Assembly: GCF_011745625.1 (NCBI RefSeq)
Contig: NW_027191459.1
Location: forward strand, 496,001 to 560,000
From: Cladosporium halotolerans
Taxonomy: Eukaryota
Reading direction: 5' to 3'
DNA: 64,000 bases
Every line of letters starts with the position of its first letter. Positions within the stretch are counted from its first letter, which is position 1. Made by a program: the position numbers and the translations under genes. The notes beneath the pieces are model-generated. The model searched no databases. It worked only from the letters and a program-made list of their open reading frames with translations, and was not told where the DNA came from. Of the stretch, positions 33,217 to 46,552 are shown one piece after another.

Positions 33217-34728
33217 CTAGTTCTTCTGCGCAATGCCGAACGTCTCGTCGCCAAAATTGAACACGGCAAAGTACTGCTTCAGCAGCACGGCGCCGTAGAT
33301 CTGCAGGCCCTGGCCGCCGTTGCCCTGCACGCCACCGAAGCACGTGTTGCGGCCGATGCGCGCGTACTCGATGTCAGAGCCGTTGAGGTGCGCCATGAAG
33401 CCGCCCTCGCCGATCTGCACGCCGAAGGACGGCACCTGCGCGTCGCACGGGTACACGTAGCCGCCGGCGGACTGGTCCATCTGCGCGCCCTGGATTTGAG
33501 AGTAGTAGGCTTCGGCGACGTTCTCGTCGACCATGAGGAGGGAGGTGCCGGTGTCGGCGATGGCCGGGCTCGCGGCGGAGTTCTGTGCGTCTTGGCCGTC
33601 GATGCTGTAGGTGTTGGAAGTGAACTCCCAGAAGCCGCGGCTGTTGTCGATGGGGGTCGTGTGCAGTTCGCCGGAGTACTTGCTGGTGTCGAGCTTGCCG
33701 AATTCGTACGTTCCCGAGGCGTCGATGTCGAGGTCAGCAGTGAAGAGCTTCTCGTCGAGCTCGTCGGCGACGTTCTCGAAGAAGGTCTTCTGGGCCTGGG
33801 GCTGGACGGTGTTGATCTTACCGAACGCGAGGCCGAGCAGACCGTCGTTGTTCTCGTCGGAGACGAAGGCGCTGGAGATGGCAGTTGCGAGCTCGACGGC
33901 TTGCTGAGTGGCGGTGACGCCACCCACATCGACTTGATCAAAGCCAACAGTGCCGGCTGCACCACTACCATCACCGTAAGAAATCTCCCAAGAGCCGCCG
34001 CTGTACTCTTGCCATGTGGAGCTGTTGGTGGGATCGAACGCCGAGTGTTGGCCCCGTTTGCTCTCGGAAAGAGAAGTGCTGAAAACCCAGCTGCAGAAGC
34101 GTTAGTCAAGTGCCATGTCAAGTAAATGATACTAGGAAACTTACAGATCAGCTGATCCAGTGTCGAAGTTCAAGTTGAGCTTCTGACCAGCAATGCTGAC
34201 GGGCGAAAGGTACTCGGACTCGTTCTCTTCGGGGCTAGCAGTGACCTCTCCGCTATCGTCACCGCCATCGCCACCGGAAATCGAAGCCGTGGCACTGACC
34301 GCAAAAGAGGCGGAAGTACGAGTCTCGAAGCCGACCGAGGACATGACCGCGCTAGGAGCAACCGGTGCAGCCGTCTCGTAGCCATAAGGTGAAGCCGCGG
34401 ATGCCGTCTCAATAGGCTCGCTCGGAGATGAGCCGTACGGGTCAGATTCGTCACCAGACGAGGAAGAGCTGGGCCAGTCAAAGAGCCAGGAGCCAGATTC
34501 GTCGAGCGGAGCGAGAGTGATGCTCCAGTGGTACTTGTTGTAAACGCGCATGAGCTCGGTGCGCGGGTTGCGCGTGTGGCCCTTGCTGTGGCGACCGCGG
34601 GAGAAGGACTTGAAGTTGCGACTGCCATCGTTGGCCTTGCCAGACACACCGTAGTGGGGTTTCGGGGCAGGAGCGGCCAGCGCGATGGCCACCAGAGCAG
34701 CGACGAGCAGAATGAGTGTGCGGATCAT
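33217..34728 (-). CDS. Secreted pepsin-like aspartic protease (A1, aspergillopepsin-like)
   Basis: Signal peptide MIRTLILLVAALVAIALA; FDTGSADL|WV, ISYGDGS, DGLLGLAF and IADTGTSL. One intron at about 34144-34092. Confidence 0.93.
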
Positions 34729-36274
34729 GTTGACGAGTGTTGGTTGTGTGGGTGTGTCGGGGTCGGAAGGATCGAAAGCAACCAGTGCTATAAGTAGTGA
34801 GTGACGGGAATGAAAGAGTGAAGGCAAGAGATCGCGTGCCGACCTGTCAAAGGCGGAGCGGCAATCAGAGAAGTGAACGAGGGAGGGAGTGAGTTTGCTG
34901 AATGAGCGGGTGGTGCTACACGAGCGCAGGATCACGCCGCGAGCGAAGGGAACGAGGGCGACGGGCAGGATAAAGAGCGTGGTATGGCACGAGACCGGGT
35001 GGATGTCGAGTGAAGAAACGAGGTGGGTTTCAACGGGCGGCGTGGGTGTGAAACGTGAAGCCGGGGCGGGGGTCCACCCTGAGGCACTGGCGAGGAACAA
35101 GACAGGCCTGGGCAATATAGGCACAACTCTTGTGTGCGCCTAGTAGGGGTGCGACAATATGTAAGCCACGGTTCAGTCAGTATTGGCTTCCGCCTCAACC
35201 GACAAGCTCTTCTCGTCCTCTTCGCCTTGAGCCTACCTATCCAACGTATGGCGCCTTCGCTCGTCCTCGCCGTCGGCATCGACCGTGCCACCTGTCGAGC
35301 ATCCGCAGCAAACGTGCAAAATCACCGACACGTCTCGTCATGCTCAACGAACTGGCATTGGCCATCTTCGTGAGATTCGCAATCACCGCCCAGGCTGCCA
35401 GCGTCCCACCAGGCCAAGTGTCCTACCCTTTGACACGGCGCGGCGACATAGGCTCTTGGTACAGGCGGTGATGCCGTGCAAGCCGTCCTTTGAATCAATC
35501 TGTGAAACACAGATCCGCATTTCTCGCCGGCCAATAACCACGCGGTGGGGCCCTCACCAATCTCTTGTAGCAAACGCTGGGCGAGTCCCGCGCCGGCAGA
35601 CAGGCGTGTTGGAGCGAACGGACGACGCTTGCGCGCGGTCGAGACGCGCGGTTGGACTTGCTCTGCGGACCGCCGCACAGACTGGCCCGGCTGGGCGCGA
35701 GAGGTGAAACAGCCCGGCTCCTGCCAGCTGAGACTGAGGCACCACAGCGCCGCTGATTCGCTGGCCCTGTCAGCCTTGCGTGCAGCCGACGGCGCCTGGA
35801 AGCAGCCGCCTCGAACTCCACGCGGTCGAGTCCCTATAAGGGAACCTCGAGCGTGCGCATCGTTCATTTGGATGAAGGCGAGACTAAATGGAGATGTTAC
35901 GGCCAAAGGTGTCGTTTGCGTCACGACGTCCTTGTCCTCGGTCGATCATCCGTCGAACGTGTTATCAAGCCGGGTCTTGCTTGCTACAGCAAGTCGCATC
36001 ATGGCGTGCCATGCGGCTCTGTTCGTGCGCTGTAACACCGCATGCCGCATCATGTCGCCGTTGTCACGCAAGTGTGACGACGTCAGATAATCAAGGAAGG
36101 CCATGTGACGGGATCATACATCTGGAATTGTCATTGCTCAAAGAAAACCTAAAAACATATGTACACCCATCCGCTTCATGTCCGCATGTCATCATCACAA
36201 TCACCATCAAAACTCCGCCACCCGCACCATCTACCTACGTCTCACCCTACCGCCGCCAAGCCGCACCACCCCGT

Positions 36275-37458
36275 CTACTTCGTCGTATCAACAACATACC
36301 TTCCCGCGATCTTCCCCTCGTGCATCAGATCGTACACCTTCTGCAGCTCGGACAGGCCGACGACCTGGTACGGGGCCTTGATCAAGCCGCGGCGGAAGAA
36401 GTCCAGCGCCTCGGCCGTGTCCTTGCGGTTGCCCACGTACGAGCCCTTGATAGTCACCATCTTGATCACGGACTCGAAGACGGGCGCGCGCAGGTAGGCG
36501 CCCGCGGGCAGGCCGATGCAGACCACGGAGCCGCGGGGGCGGACGTACTGTTCGATTTGTTAGTATCAATCAATCAAACAGGTGAACGTTGATGACGGTG
36601 GCGGACGTACCTCTGCAGCCTGCTGGAACGGCTTCTCGTTGACAGCGACTAGGATGACGGCGTGCGGGCCCTGCCCATCCTCAGTCGCCTCCTGAACTTC
36701 CTTGATGACATTCTTGCTAGTGGCGAAGTCGACGAACGCCGCCGAGCCGAGCTGCTCGAGGCACATCTTCCTCTTGTCCTCGCCGGAGTCGATCGCGATC
36801 ACCCTCAAGCCCATGGCCTTCGCGTACTGCTGGGCGAGCGAGCCGAGTCCGCCGCCGGCGCCGACGATGGCGACCGTCTGGCCTGGGCGGGCGTTGGACT
36901 CCTTCAGGCCCTTGTAGACTGTGATGCCGGCACAGAGGACGGGGGCGACGGCGTCGAGGGGGATGTCTTTGTGCAGGCGCGCCACGTGGGCGGCTTTGGC
37001 GATGGCGTATTGCTGGAAGGTGCCGTCGACAGTGTAGCCGGAAAGAAGAGCCTTGCCGCAAAGAGGCTCGTCTGCGATGGTTGTCAATCTTGAAGCTCGA
37101 GAGCCGAAAGAACGGATTACCTTGAAGGTAACTTACCAGACTGCTGACAGAAATCACACGCCAAACAGCTGCCATTGATCCACTTGATACCAGCATGGTC
37201 ACCAATCTCAATGTCATGGACCTGCTCGCCCTTCGCCACTACAACACCAGCACCCTCGTGGCCACCCACAAGCGGGAGCTTGGTCGGCAGCGGCCAATCG
37301 CCATTGACAGCGTGCAAATCAGTATGGCAGACGCCGGAGTACTTGATATTGACGAGGACCTCGTCGGGGCCTGGCTTCTGGACGGGAATCTGCTTGTACT
37401 CGACCGGCCCGCCGGTCTTCTCGATGACCTGTGCCCATTGCTTATCCGGGATAGACAT
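36275..37458 (-). CDS. ADH1: Zinc-dependent alcohol dehydrogenase (Adh1/AlcC type)
   Basis: [18 protein letters not shown], structural zinc cysteines (CLACDFC...EPLC), [24 protein letters not shown] and IAGRYVVD. Two introns at about 37137-37072 and 36610-36548. Confidence 0.93.
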
Positions 37459-39496
37459 ATTGAATTTGCTTTCGATCGGTGGTTACTGTTTAGTCGATGA
37501 GGGAGTGAGGATGTACCTTGGAGCTCTGACAACGAGTCTTTTGCCTCAATCGACAGCGAACCTCTCAATCTTTATCCCCTCCCAAACCCCAGCACCTCTC
37601 CATCAACACCCCGCATGGCCCCCGTCCCAAAGGAGGGGCAACTTTGCATCAGCGACCAATGACCCCGGCCTTCCCGTCCCTGCAGCCACAAACAAGACAT
37701 GCCCAGCGGTGATCCCGTCCGGCTCTAAGGAAGAAGTCCAGCTCCCGGCGTCGCGGACCTGAACGCAAGCTCACAGCCCCCCTGCTACACATCTCTGCCA
37801 TCCTGGTCGCCGCGGCGAGAGTCGGACCTCGAGGAGCGCCACCTCAGTCAACCCTGTTCGCCTCGTCGCGTTTCATCGCGATCGCGTCGTCGGCTTCTCG
37901 AGGGAAGAGAGGCCCGCTCCCGGGGAGCCCTCCGGAACCGTAGACCACACGTCGGATCCACGGAAAGGGCAAAGTACTAGCTCGCAGAGCTTCCCTTCTG
38001 CCCCAAAAAGCCAACACCAGGAAAGCTGCGGAGTATACTCAGCTGCCCCCTCTGGCCTACGGGAATCCCATCCGAGCCTGGCACGGCAAAGGTAGGTTTG
38101 CCAGAAGCTGGGGAACAAGGCGCGGGGAAAAGTCTGGCGGCCAACGGCGGCAGGGCGGCGGCTGCCCCACAGCGGCTGGCGCGCAATGCAGTGCGAGTCG
38201 CGCGTGTGCGCTCGTGACACCCGTCCGCGTATTGCAAGTTCGGTGAGATTTTGAGAGCTGTCCAGCCGCGGTCCAGGGGACTCCTCTTTGCGGCCGCAGG
38301 CGTGAGATCTCGTCCAGCCGCCCGGGCTGCAAGCCGCGAGATGGTGGCTTTTCGGCGCAGCGGGCGTGATTGGGTGCGGGCGAGCGCTGGTGTGAGATCG
38401 CAGAAAAGCTATAGCAGGCAGTTACTGTAGCTCTCTGCTGCTGCTGCGGATCCTTCGAAACCTGGGTTTGAGTTCCGGTGATGTGCCCCGCAAGGACAGG
38501 CACATAGCTGCCTTCCTGCATTGGGCAAGTGTGGAGCCCGATGCTTGCTGAAGAGGTGGAGGAGGCGATGTCCGCTGGGCTCTACTGTACCTGTGGCTGG
38601 AGGGGGGTGGGAGCTCCCTCCTCCTCAACGGGGCGTCTGACTGCATGGTTTGCGAGGATGGCCGGCGTTGTGCCGTTGGCGGGTGAAAGGATGTTCCTTT
38701 GGTGATGGGATGGAGACCAATGTACGAGGATTGATTGGAGTCGAGCCCTCTTTGGGCCAGCGGATGGCGTTCGTGCTTGAGCACGCTGAGAGTATGGCTG
38801 ATTGTGTTGATGATCTCTCGGATCAAGGGATTCCAGGCCGTCGGGATTCTTGGATGTTGGCGGTGTGCTGAGACTGTCCTCTGAGGATTATCTACCCGTC
38901 ACGAAGCTCATTCTGAAAGCTCGAAGACAGCAAATTTTTGTCCAAGGGGTTGTATGGCAAAGGGCGTGTGCTTGAATGATGGGGCGGCGGCATTTTTAGA
39001 TGAGGAAGGTGAGTCCTGCAGCATCAAATGCCTGCGAATGTGTCGTGGCCTGCGTCGACTCCATGATGCTTTCCGGAATACGAATCGAAAGAACCGTGAC
39101 ATAGTCTCATGCTCAGAACAAGTATGAAAGACCGTCACAGACAAATGGGGCTCTCTCGATTTATGTCCCTGGCCCGGGCTACCTTGATGGCTGAATTGGA
39201 CAGATGACATACGTGAGAGGAATTGTTAGCATTCCCGAATATTGCCAGTCGCATTCAACACTCCTTTGAACTATATGGCCGAAGTATTTAATCATTAAAA
39301 GAAATAAAGGGCCAGGCTTGGATAAGATAGACACCATCGGAGTCATTTGCGATGTAAAACGCATTCTACATCACTAATTCAGGTTGCCCTCGATTGATCC
39401 TCTGTACCATACCTAGGTAGATATACAGGCTATGTGCAGGCCGAATTCTTACAGTGTCGTGAGATACAAGAGGTCCCATCAAATCCTAATAGGCAC

Positions 39497-39949
39497 TTAC
39501 TGCGCCTTTTTGGCATCATTCGGAACCTCCAACAAGTCCGGTCTAGCCAGCAAGAAGAATCCACGCACAGCCAAAGACGCCGCCATGCTGCCCATGAACT
39601 TCAAGAGAGCCTCATCCCTCATCCCACTGTTTCCGCCAAAATACTGAATCGCCAGCGCCGCCCCGAGCGCCACCTCACCGGCCGCGTACTGCATATACAC
39701 GCTCCTCCTGAGGGCTGGCGCACTTGTCTTATTGGGAACGGCGAGCAGCAAAGGTAGATTCAGGCTGGTAATAATGCAGCCGATCCACTGCATCAGAGTG
39801 CAAGCTGCTGGTGTGATGTCCTCAGGTGACTTGAAAAGCCAGCGGAGCATGTAGCTTGGGTCCAAGAGCATAGGTACCACAGAGGAAAGGTTGAGGCCGG
39901 TCTCGATGAGGAGAGCATAGCGGATTGTGCGGGTGTTGTCTGAAGACAT
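39497..39949 (-). CDS. Uncharacterised small multi-pass membrane protein
   Basis: 150-aa ORF with a good start context (CAAACCATG) and about four hydrophobic segments; no family recognised. Confidence 0.65.
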   Translation of the reverse strand: MSSDNTRTIRYALLIETGLNLSSVVPMLLDPSYMLRWLFKSPEDITPAACTLMQWIGCIITSLNLPLLLAVPNKTSAPALRRSVYMQYAAGEVALGAALAIQYFGGNSGMRDEALLKFMGSMAASLAVRGFFLLARPDLLEVPNDAKKAQ

Positions 39950-40591
39950 GGTTTGAAAGTGTTGCTGCGGTTTGGCGTGCCTTCAAATGACACAAGTGGC
40001 TTTCCGGGTTTCGCCCCGTGTTCTTGTCGGATGCGCTGTCTGGGTTTCAGAGGCACAGGGTCGACCCTTTCTCGTGTTTACCCCCTTACTGTTTTCCAGT
40101 GCTCTTGTGAATTTGCGGTAGAGATGCGAGTACTCGGGTACATGCACGTAAGAGTAGTTTGGTTGATCAAGAGATCTCCAGTGCAGGAGGCGTGGGGCAG
40201 ATTGTCACATGAATCCCACAAACGTCATGCCTTCCAACGCCTCCGCGCGTGTTTGTTTTCTCCGTATGAGGGTCATCAGCCGATTCCGCTCCCCTAAACA
40301 GTGCATATCGGGCATGGCAGTTCCTCGAAACACTGCACACGTGGATTTATTCGCAGTGAGCCTTCCTGCAGCTGCTTTATCCAACAGGTGACCGACACGA
40401 CAATTTGCCTGGCCGCCACGTCAACCTCGCAGTAGGCGCGACAGGCACCCGCTCCATCCGCCAGCGCATAGGACGTCGAACTCTATCCCACCGGTCCACC
40501 GCTATGCCTTGATACCCAATCTCAGCACTATCACGCTTCCTCTCGTGACCGCAGAACAGGCACACTCAACCAAGCGCGTCGATCGGCCGCC

Positions 40592-43366
40592 ATGGCCTCC
40601 CAGCAGGCTGTCAATCAGTACATGCGCCAGGTCCTCCACCACACCGAGCCACCGCCGCCAGTCAACGCCAGGTTCTTCTACACCAGCCCTATCCCTATAG
40701 ATGATCCGCTGTCTCCTCTCCCGCCGCCCGCGAACGCTACCACCGGGCCGGCCAAGCTGCCGCCTAAGCCATTCTCAGAGTACGATAACGCAGCTTTGGA
40801 GAAGTCATGGCTTACATTGAGGAAGAAGATTCTAAAGTACCAAGAGCAACGAGGTGAGAAGAGCTTGGATGATAGTGGAAGTCGGACAAGGAAGGGTAGT
40901 CAAGAAACGAGAGAAGGGAAACGGCCGTCTGTCTCTAAGCCTGCCACGCCGCGGTCAAAACTACCGAGGACCAGTTTGAGCCAGGTGGACACTCCTTCGG
41001 ACGTTGACACGAGCCAGGATGTTTTCGTCGGACCTTCTTCAGTGCCAGAGGGCACTCAGTTACCGGACGTCACGGGCACACCATTCATAAGGGCACCGTC
41101 GCGAAAGAATTTGAGCAGCATTCCTGTTCACGATGGGAGTCCAACTGGCAGGGAGCGGACGGGGAGACCCAGGATCCACCAGCATGATACCTACCAATGG
41201 GACGATGCAACACATCTGGCGGAACACAGCCCACCACCGGTCGAGAAAAAGCAGGAAAAAGGACCTACGGACAGTGTAGCGGTAGGCGTATCCCGCCTTC
41301 ACCACGTTGCAATGCCGGACCTCAAGATGATGCCGCTCTATTGGGACCCTGTTGGTGACGTAGCAGAGGTGATGCGAGGCACGTGGTTCTACAAGGACAG
41401 TATGCTTCCCGTGGAGACGGCTGTAGCCAATATGCTCGAGGCCGGGTACATCGACCTCCAATGCTGGACGGAGACCTGGAAAGACGAGCTGGAATCTGCC
41501 ATGGAAGTAGGCGCTCTCGGAGAGATGAAGATTGTCCATAAGCTGTGGCCAGACAAACCGTTAGGTCGGCTGGGATCGTCTTCAAGAAGAGAGAGTGGTA
41601 GTCGATCGGATGCTGCGAGAGGAGACAGTCTGTTACGGACCGTAGCCACCAACAGGACTGAGCTGGAGCCGGAGACGCCCGAGCAACAGCGAGAAAAGGC
41701 GGCTGATGCTGCTCGCGATCTCATTGATATTTCGACTGGGCCCGGTGGTGCTGACAATAAGGCCTCGGGCGCCAATGCATGGGGAAGCTTAGGTACTGTG
41801 CGGGCCTACTCGGGGCATGGGGTCATTTACGCAAATGCACGAGAGGCGAGGATACTGAAGTCGACACTTTTGCCGTCGTCCTATTATGGGCGCCGGCCTC
41901 TGGCGAACTATATCCGAAAAGGCCACAAGCTCGGAGTTGCAGTCGTGCGCGGCTTCGACCAGGCGATCTGGGATAGGCTCCACCCGGGTAAGATTGGAAG
42001 TTCGAAGGCTCAGAAAGCGGAAGGCGGGACGTCGACGTCTGCTTCAGGAGCACCTCCAAATGCCAGAAGGAAAACCGACCCAGACCTGGCTAACGCGGAA
42101 CGGCCAAAGGTGACCGATCTTGTGTTTGTCATTCACGGTATTGGCCAGAAGCTTAGCCAAAGAATGGAGTCTTTCCATTTCACACACGCGATCAACGCCT
42201 TTCGCCGCGAGGTCAACGTGGAGGTTGGTAGTAGAGATTGCAAGACGAAGTTTCGAGAGAGCATGGGCGGCATTATGGTCTTGCCAATCAATTGGAGGCA
42301 TGCGCTCTCATTCGAAGAAGGCGGTTATCGAGATACCGAGGAAGACCCTGCTCATAACGAGTTCAATCTACTGGATATCACGCCGGACACCTTGCCGAAT
42401 GTGCGCAACATTGTGTCGGATGTTATGTTGGACATTCCGTATTACATGTCAGACCACCAGCCCAAGATGATCGCTGCGGTCATTCGCGAAGCAAACCGGG
42501 TGTACAAGCTTTGGTGTTCGAACAATCCCGGTTTCTCCCAAGAAGGCCGAGTGCACATGATCGCGCATTCTCTCGGATCAGTGATGGCTGTTGACATCCT
42601 CAGCAAGCAACCCACTCGCATCCCAGACCACCTCTCGGACCCAACAAAGATGGACCTCGATGCAGAAAACCTGGACCACCTTCTCTTCAACACTCACAAT
42701 TTGACGCTCGCAGGGTCGCCCGCCGGATTCTTTCTCCTGCTCCGCAAAGCTCAGCTAATGCCTCGAATCGACTCCCAGTCCGCAGCCGCAGAGGAGGACC
42801 CCACAGCACTCACCGACACCATCTGCGGCCGCCAGGGACAGTACGGCTGCCTAGCCGTAGAAAACATCTACAACGTCATCAACGGCTACGACCCCGTGGC
42901 CTACCGCATGAACGCCGCCGTGGACTCCTCGTATGCCACATCGCTCAGGAAAGCCAATATTCCCTCCGCCACCACCGGCTGGTTCAGCTCGTCGCTGTTC
43001 GGCGGCACCGGGTCGTCCGCGAGTGCAGCGTCCGCGCAACCCCCGCCCGTCGTCCGCTTGCCCTCTAATGTGGAGCTCGAGACGCATAATTTTACGCGCG
43101 AGGAGGTCGCGGAGAAACGGATGCTGCTGCTTAACGATAATGCGCAGATTGACTTCTTCTTGAAGTATGGCGGTGGTCCTTTGGAAATCCAGTACTTGAC
43201 TATGCTCGGTGCGCATAGCAGTTACTGGACTTTGAGGGATTTCGTAAGGTTCATTGTCGTCGAGACTGGAAGGAAGCCTGGGAAGAAAGGCACTGTGCCG
43301 GGGATGAGGGCCGTCAAGAATAAGGTGGCGCTGGGACAGGGCGGAGGGAGTGCGCATCTGCGGTGA
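40592..43366 (+). CDS. DDHD-domain intracellular phospholipase A1 (Ddl1/YOR022C-like)
   Basis: PLYWDP...RGTWFY, LVFVIHGIGQ, LPINWR, DVMLDIPYY, lipase motif IAHSLGS, GSP, YNVIN.YDPVAYR and AHSSYW. Confidence 0.9.
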   Translation: MASQQAVNQYMRQVLHHTEPPPPVNARFFYTSPIPIDDPLSPLPPPANATTGPAKLPPKPFSEYDNAALEKSWLTLRKKILKYQEQRGEKSLDDSGSRTRKGSQETREGKRPSVSKPATPRSKLPRTSLSQVDTPSDVDTSQDVFVGPSSVPEGTQLPDVTGTPFIRAPSRKNLSSIPVHDGSPTGRERTGRPRIHQHDTYQWDDATHLAEHSPPPVEKKQEKGPTDSVAVGVSRLHHVAMPDLKMMPLYWDPVGDVAEVMRGTWFYKDSMLPVETAVANMLEAGYIDLQCWTETWKDELESAMEVGALGEMKIVHKLWPDKPLGRLGSSSRRESGSRSDAARGDSLLRTVATNRTELEPETPEQQREKAADAARDLIDISTGPGGADNKASGANAWGSLGTVRAYSGHGVIYANAREARILKSTLLPSSYYGRRPLANYIRKGHKLGVAVVRGFDQAIWDRLHPGKIGSSKAQKAEGGTSTSASGAPPNARRKTDPDLANAERPKVTDLVFVIHGIGQKLSQRMESFHFTHAINAFRREVNVEVGSRDCKTKFRESMGGIMVLPINWRHALSFEEGGYRDTEEDPAHNEFNLLDITPDTLPNVRNIVSDVMLDIPYYMSDHQPKMIAAVIREANRVYKLWCSNNPGFSQEGRVHMIAHSLGSVMAVDILSKQPTRIPDHLSDPTKMDLDAENLDHLLFNTHNLTLAGSPAGFFLLLRKAQLMPRIDSQSAAAEEDPTALTDTICGRQGQYGCLAVENIYNVINGYDPVAYRMNAAVDSSYATSLRKANIPSATTGWFSSSLFGGTGSSASAASAQPPPVVRLPSNVELETHNFTREEVAEKRMLLLNDNAQIDFFLKYGGGPLEIQYLTMLGAHSSYWTLRDFVRFIVVETGRKPGKKGTVPGMRAVKNKVALGQGGGSAHLR

Positions 43367-43536
43367 AGTAGTTGACTTGGTTGAGGAGGACGCCTTTCTG
43401 ATCTTTTGATCTGATGCAACGAGTGACGCATTATACCCGATTTGTTATTGTTTAATAGACTACATACACGTCTCACGAATCTCTTCATCGCACGCTCAGG
43501 CCCGCAAGCACACAGATTGCAGGACCAACTTCCACC

Positions 43537-46500
43537 TCAACTGGTAGACTGCGATTTCACATCCATCACACCCCTTCCAAACCACTCGCTCACAGTGCCA
43601 AACCCCTCACCACTCCTCCCCAACGCATCCGCGAAAAGATCGTTCCTCGTCGCGCTCTCCTCCTGCGCCTTCTTGATCGCCCGCACCGTCTGGTTCTGCG
43701 GAGTGCAGATCGGACACTCAACGTCATCCTCATGGCCAGGGCTGACGTTCAAGCACTGCTGGTGGAACGAGTGCTTGCACAAGAAATGCACGACGGGCAA
43801 GTCGAGCGGCCTACCACAGCTGGAGCAGCGCGTGGCGCTGAAAGACGCCGGCTGCGAGTTCAGCGCCGCGATCTCTGTTTGCTTCTGGGTCGTGTCGGCG
43901 CGGTAAGAGTCGATCAGGCGCTGGTTGGAGGCGATTTCGGCCCTTTCGCGCTCGACTGTTGCGGAGAGGTATTTCTTCACGAGGCCCATGGTTGCAACGG
44001 CGTTTTGTGAGAGAGTTTGTACGACTTGGAGAGGTGCCATGAGATTGTCGGCGTCGATTTTCTGGAGCACAGAGGCTACTTCGTCGTCGGCTTCTGCGAG
44101 GACCTCGGGAGAGGATGTGAAGTACGCGAGTGCGGCAGGGTATAGGCCGGGCTCTTCGGGTCCGTACTTGCGGAGAGCCTTGATGGCCCCGCGCGTATCG
44201 CGAGCGGCGGTGTAGGAGCGGAAAACGTCGAAGCGAAGCCCCTGCTTCTCGCTCACGAGGATGGTGCCTTCTCGGAACTTCTCAAGATCGGAGAGTAAGA
44301 GCACGTTGCTGGTGTCGATGTGTGTGTCCTCCGATTCAATGAGAGCTTTCGCTTTGCGCTCGTACTCCGTCTTTTCCTCGCCAGATACTGTTGATGCTTT
44401 GTGGAGGTAGATCTCAAAGAGTGTTGTGTTAAGGTCGGTTTTGCTGTCGCGAGTGACCTCCGGGCTTGCTATACAAGCTTCAAGGAAGGTGATGAATTGC
44501 TCTGGGTGATCAATGAAGGCGGAGAAGGCGATTCGTGGCTTTGGTGTCTCGTACTCAATGTAGTCGCCCTCAGTGGTAGTTTCGACAACCTGGGCTTGAC
44601 TTCTGGTAGATTGACCGTTTGTACTCGATGATGGCGTCTGCACCGCGCTGGCGTTCATGTAAGGGAGCGGAAGGAGGGCAGCAAGGTTCTGGACGGCACT
44701 GGTTGCCATGTTGCCTAAACGCCCACCCTCCTGCTCAACTTGTGTTTCCTGTACGATAACTGCATCTTTCTTTGGCCTGAAGTTCCCTGTGAAGTAGTCG
44801 ATGAACATTTGCGTCATCTCCGTCGGGCAATGCTCAAGCAGCACTGTGCCGTACTTCATGAAGTTTTCATAGGCATCAATGGGCTGAAGACGCTGGATGT
44901 ATGCCACAGCTTCGGCGTATTTCTTGAGGTCCTCGATCAATATGTCCACAACCAAGCCGTGTTCGTTGTGACGCCTTGCCAGAACAGCAGCCTGATCGTG
45001 ATAGCCGGCTTGGCGGCACATGATGATTGCCGTATCTAGATCGAACTTCAGCTCTCCAGGCTGCTTGATGAAAGCCTCGAGCTTCTCAACGTCTTTGAGC
45101 TTTGCATAGCAGTTAAGTAGCAAGGTGGTATGGTCTGACGTTGCCTTGTTGTGCTCGTGAAGCTCTTCGAGATAATCGATGAGGTTCTTAATCCGTTGAT
45201 TATCGAGGAACTTGCGGATGATCTGAGAGGGTTCCGTATTGTCGATAGCGCGCAAATATTGCTGCATCGCGGTGTCGTAGTCTCCCTTTTGATACAAATA
45301 ATCGCCATACTTTCGGAAGATGACATTTTGTTGTACCGCAGCCGCCTTGTACTTCTGCGCAAGACTGATTGCAAGGAAGTACAAATCTCGAGCATAGAGG
45401 ATGTCAAGCTTCTGCTGGAACGATTTCTCATGGTAGCGATAAAGCTTCCCGTCGATTGTGAGGAGAAAGATGTCTCCCCAGATGTTGAAAATGTTGCTGA
45501 CCTGGTGGGACAATGACTCTGAGTGGGCGATGAACTTCAGATCGGTATCGAGAATTGTGAATGATGTCTGATTCAGGATCTCGTTGGCCTGGGTGCCACC
45601 AAATGCCCGTAGAGGCACCGAGCGGCCAGTGTTCGGTGGTGAGACGATGAGCACGTAGTCTTTGCTCATGCTAACGAACTTCTTCACTCCTTCGTAAGCG
45701 TAGGACGCCACTTTGCCGCGAGGTCCGTAAGTATAGATGGCATCATCTCTGGCTACAATGATCTCGTTTGTTTGGGCGTCCAATGTCATGCATCCAACGG
45801 CACAGCCATGTTCATCAAGCGTGCGAGCAGGCGTGCCCTGGCCTTTACCAGAGACAGATAGAACCGATAACCGGGATGTGGTTGCAATGTACAGCGCTGT
45901 GGTGTTGGCTTCTCTGAAGATCAAACCTGTGATAGGCTCCTCGGATTCGAACACCGTCCTCTGCTTTGTGCCTCTATCATGGATGAGGTCGCCGCGTACT
46001 ACCGTCACTGCTCCATTGGCGAAGCCTACTGCGAGTTGGCCCAGCTCACTTGTGGCGGCGAATGCAGAGACAGGAAAGTTCTTCCGGCCGTTCTGCACAG
46101 TAAGGGTACAAAGACACTTTGGATAGCCAGTCCTCTTCTCTGTCTGATCGAGCGCCCAGACTTTGAGCTCCGGCTCACGAATCAAGTCTTCTGCTATCGA
46201 CAAAAGATATGACGTGTCTTCCACATGCTTGATGTGAGATATGTTCGCATCGTGGGCTTTCCAGGACCGAGAGGATTTGAAAGATTGATCCAGTCCATGT
46301 ATAATCCCATCCGGAGTGCCAGCAAAGATGTTCTGAGATCCTGGCGAGATGCAGCTCACGCTTGCTTGCTACTTTTGTCAGTACGAGCTCATTCGATAGT
46401 GAGTCTTCAACGAACATCAAGCGCCACCGAACCGTCCCCATCTGGCAGCCGGACTTGCGAGACATCGAAGAAGCGAAAGGCTTTCCACTACGAGGGTCAA

Positions 46501-46552
46501 TAATGGCTCAATACTTGTTACACTTGGGATCACATACCGACGTCAGAGCCAT
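43537..46552 (-). CDS. VPS11: HOPS/CORVET subunit Vps11 (Pep5)
   Basis: Two small 5' exons MALTS|WKAFRFFDVSQV..., then beta-propeller, clathrin repeat (YGDYLYQKGDY, HTTLLLNCYAKLKD) and C-terminal RING-H2 (CSSC..LDLP.VHFLCKHSFH..C...CPIC). Confidence 0.95.

Noticed and set aside
37460..39490. Short ORFs upstream of ADH1
   Set aside because: No motifs or codon bias; better explained as a long regulatory region.
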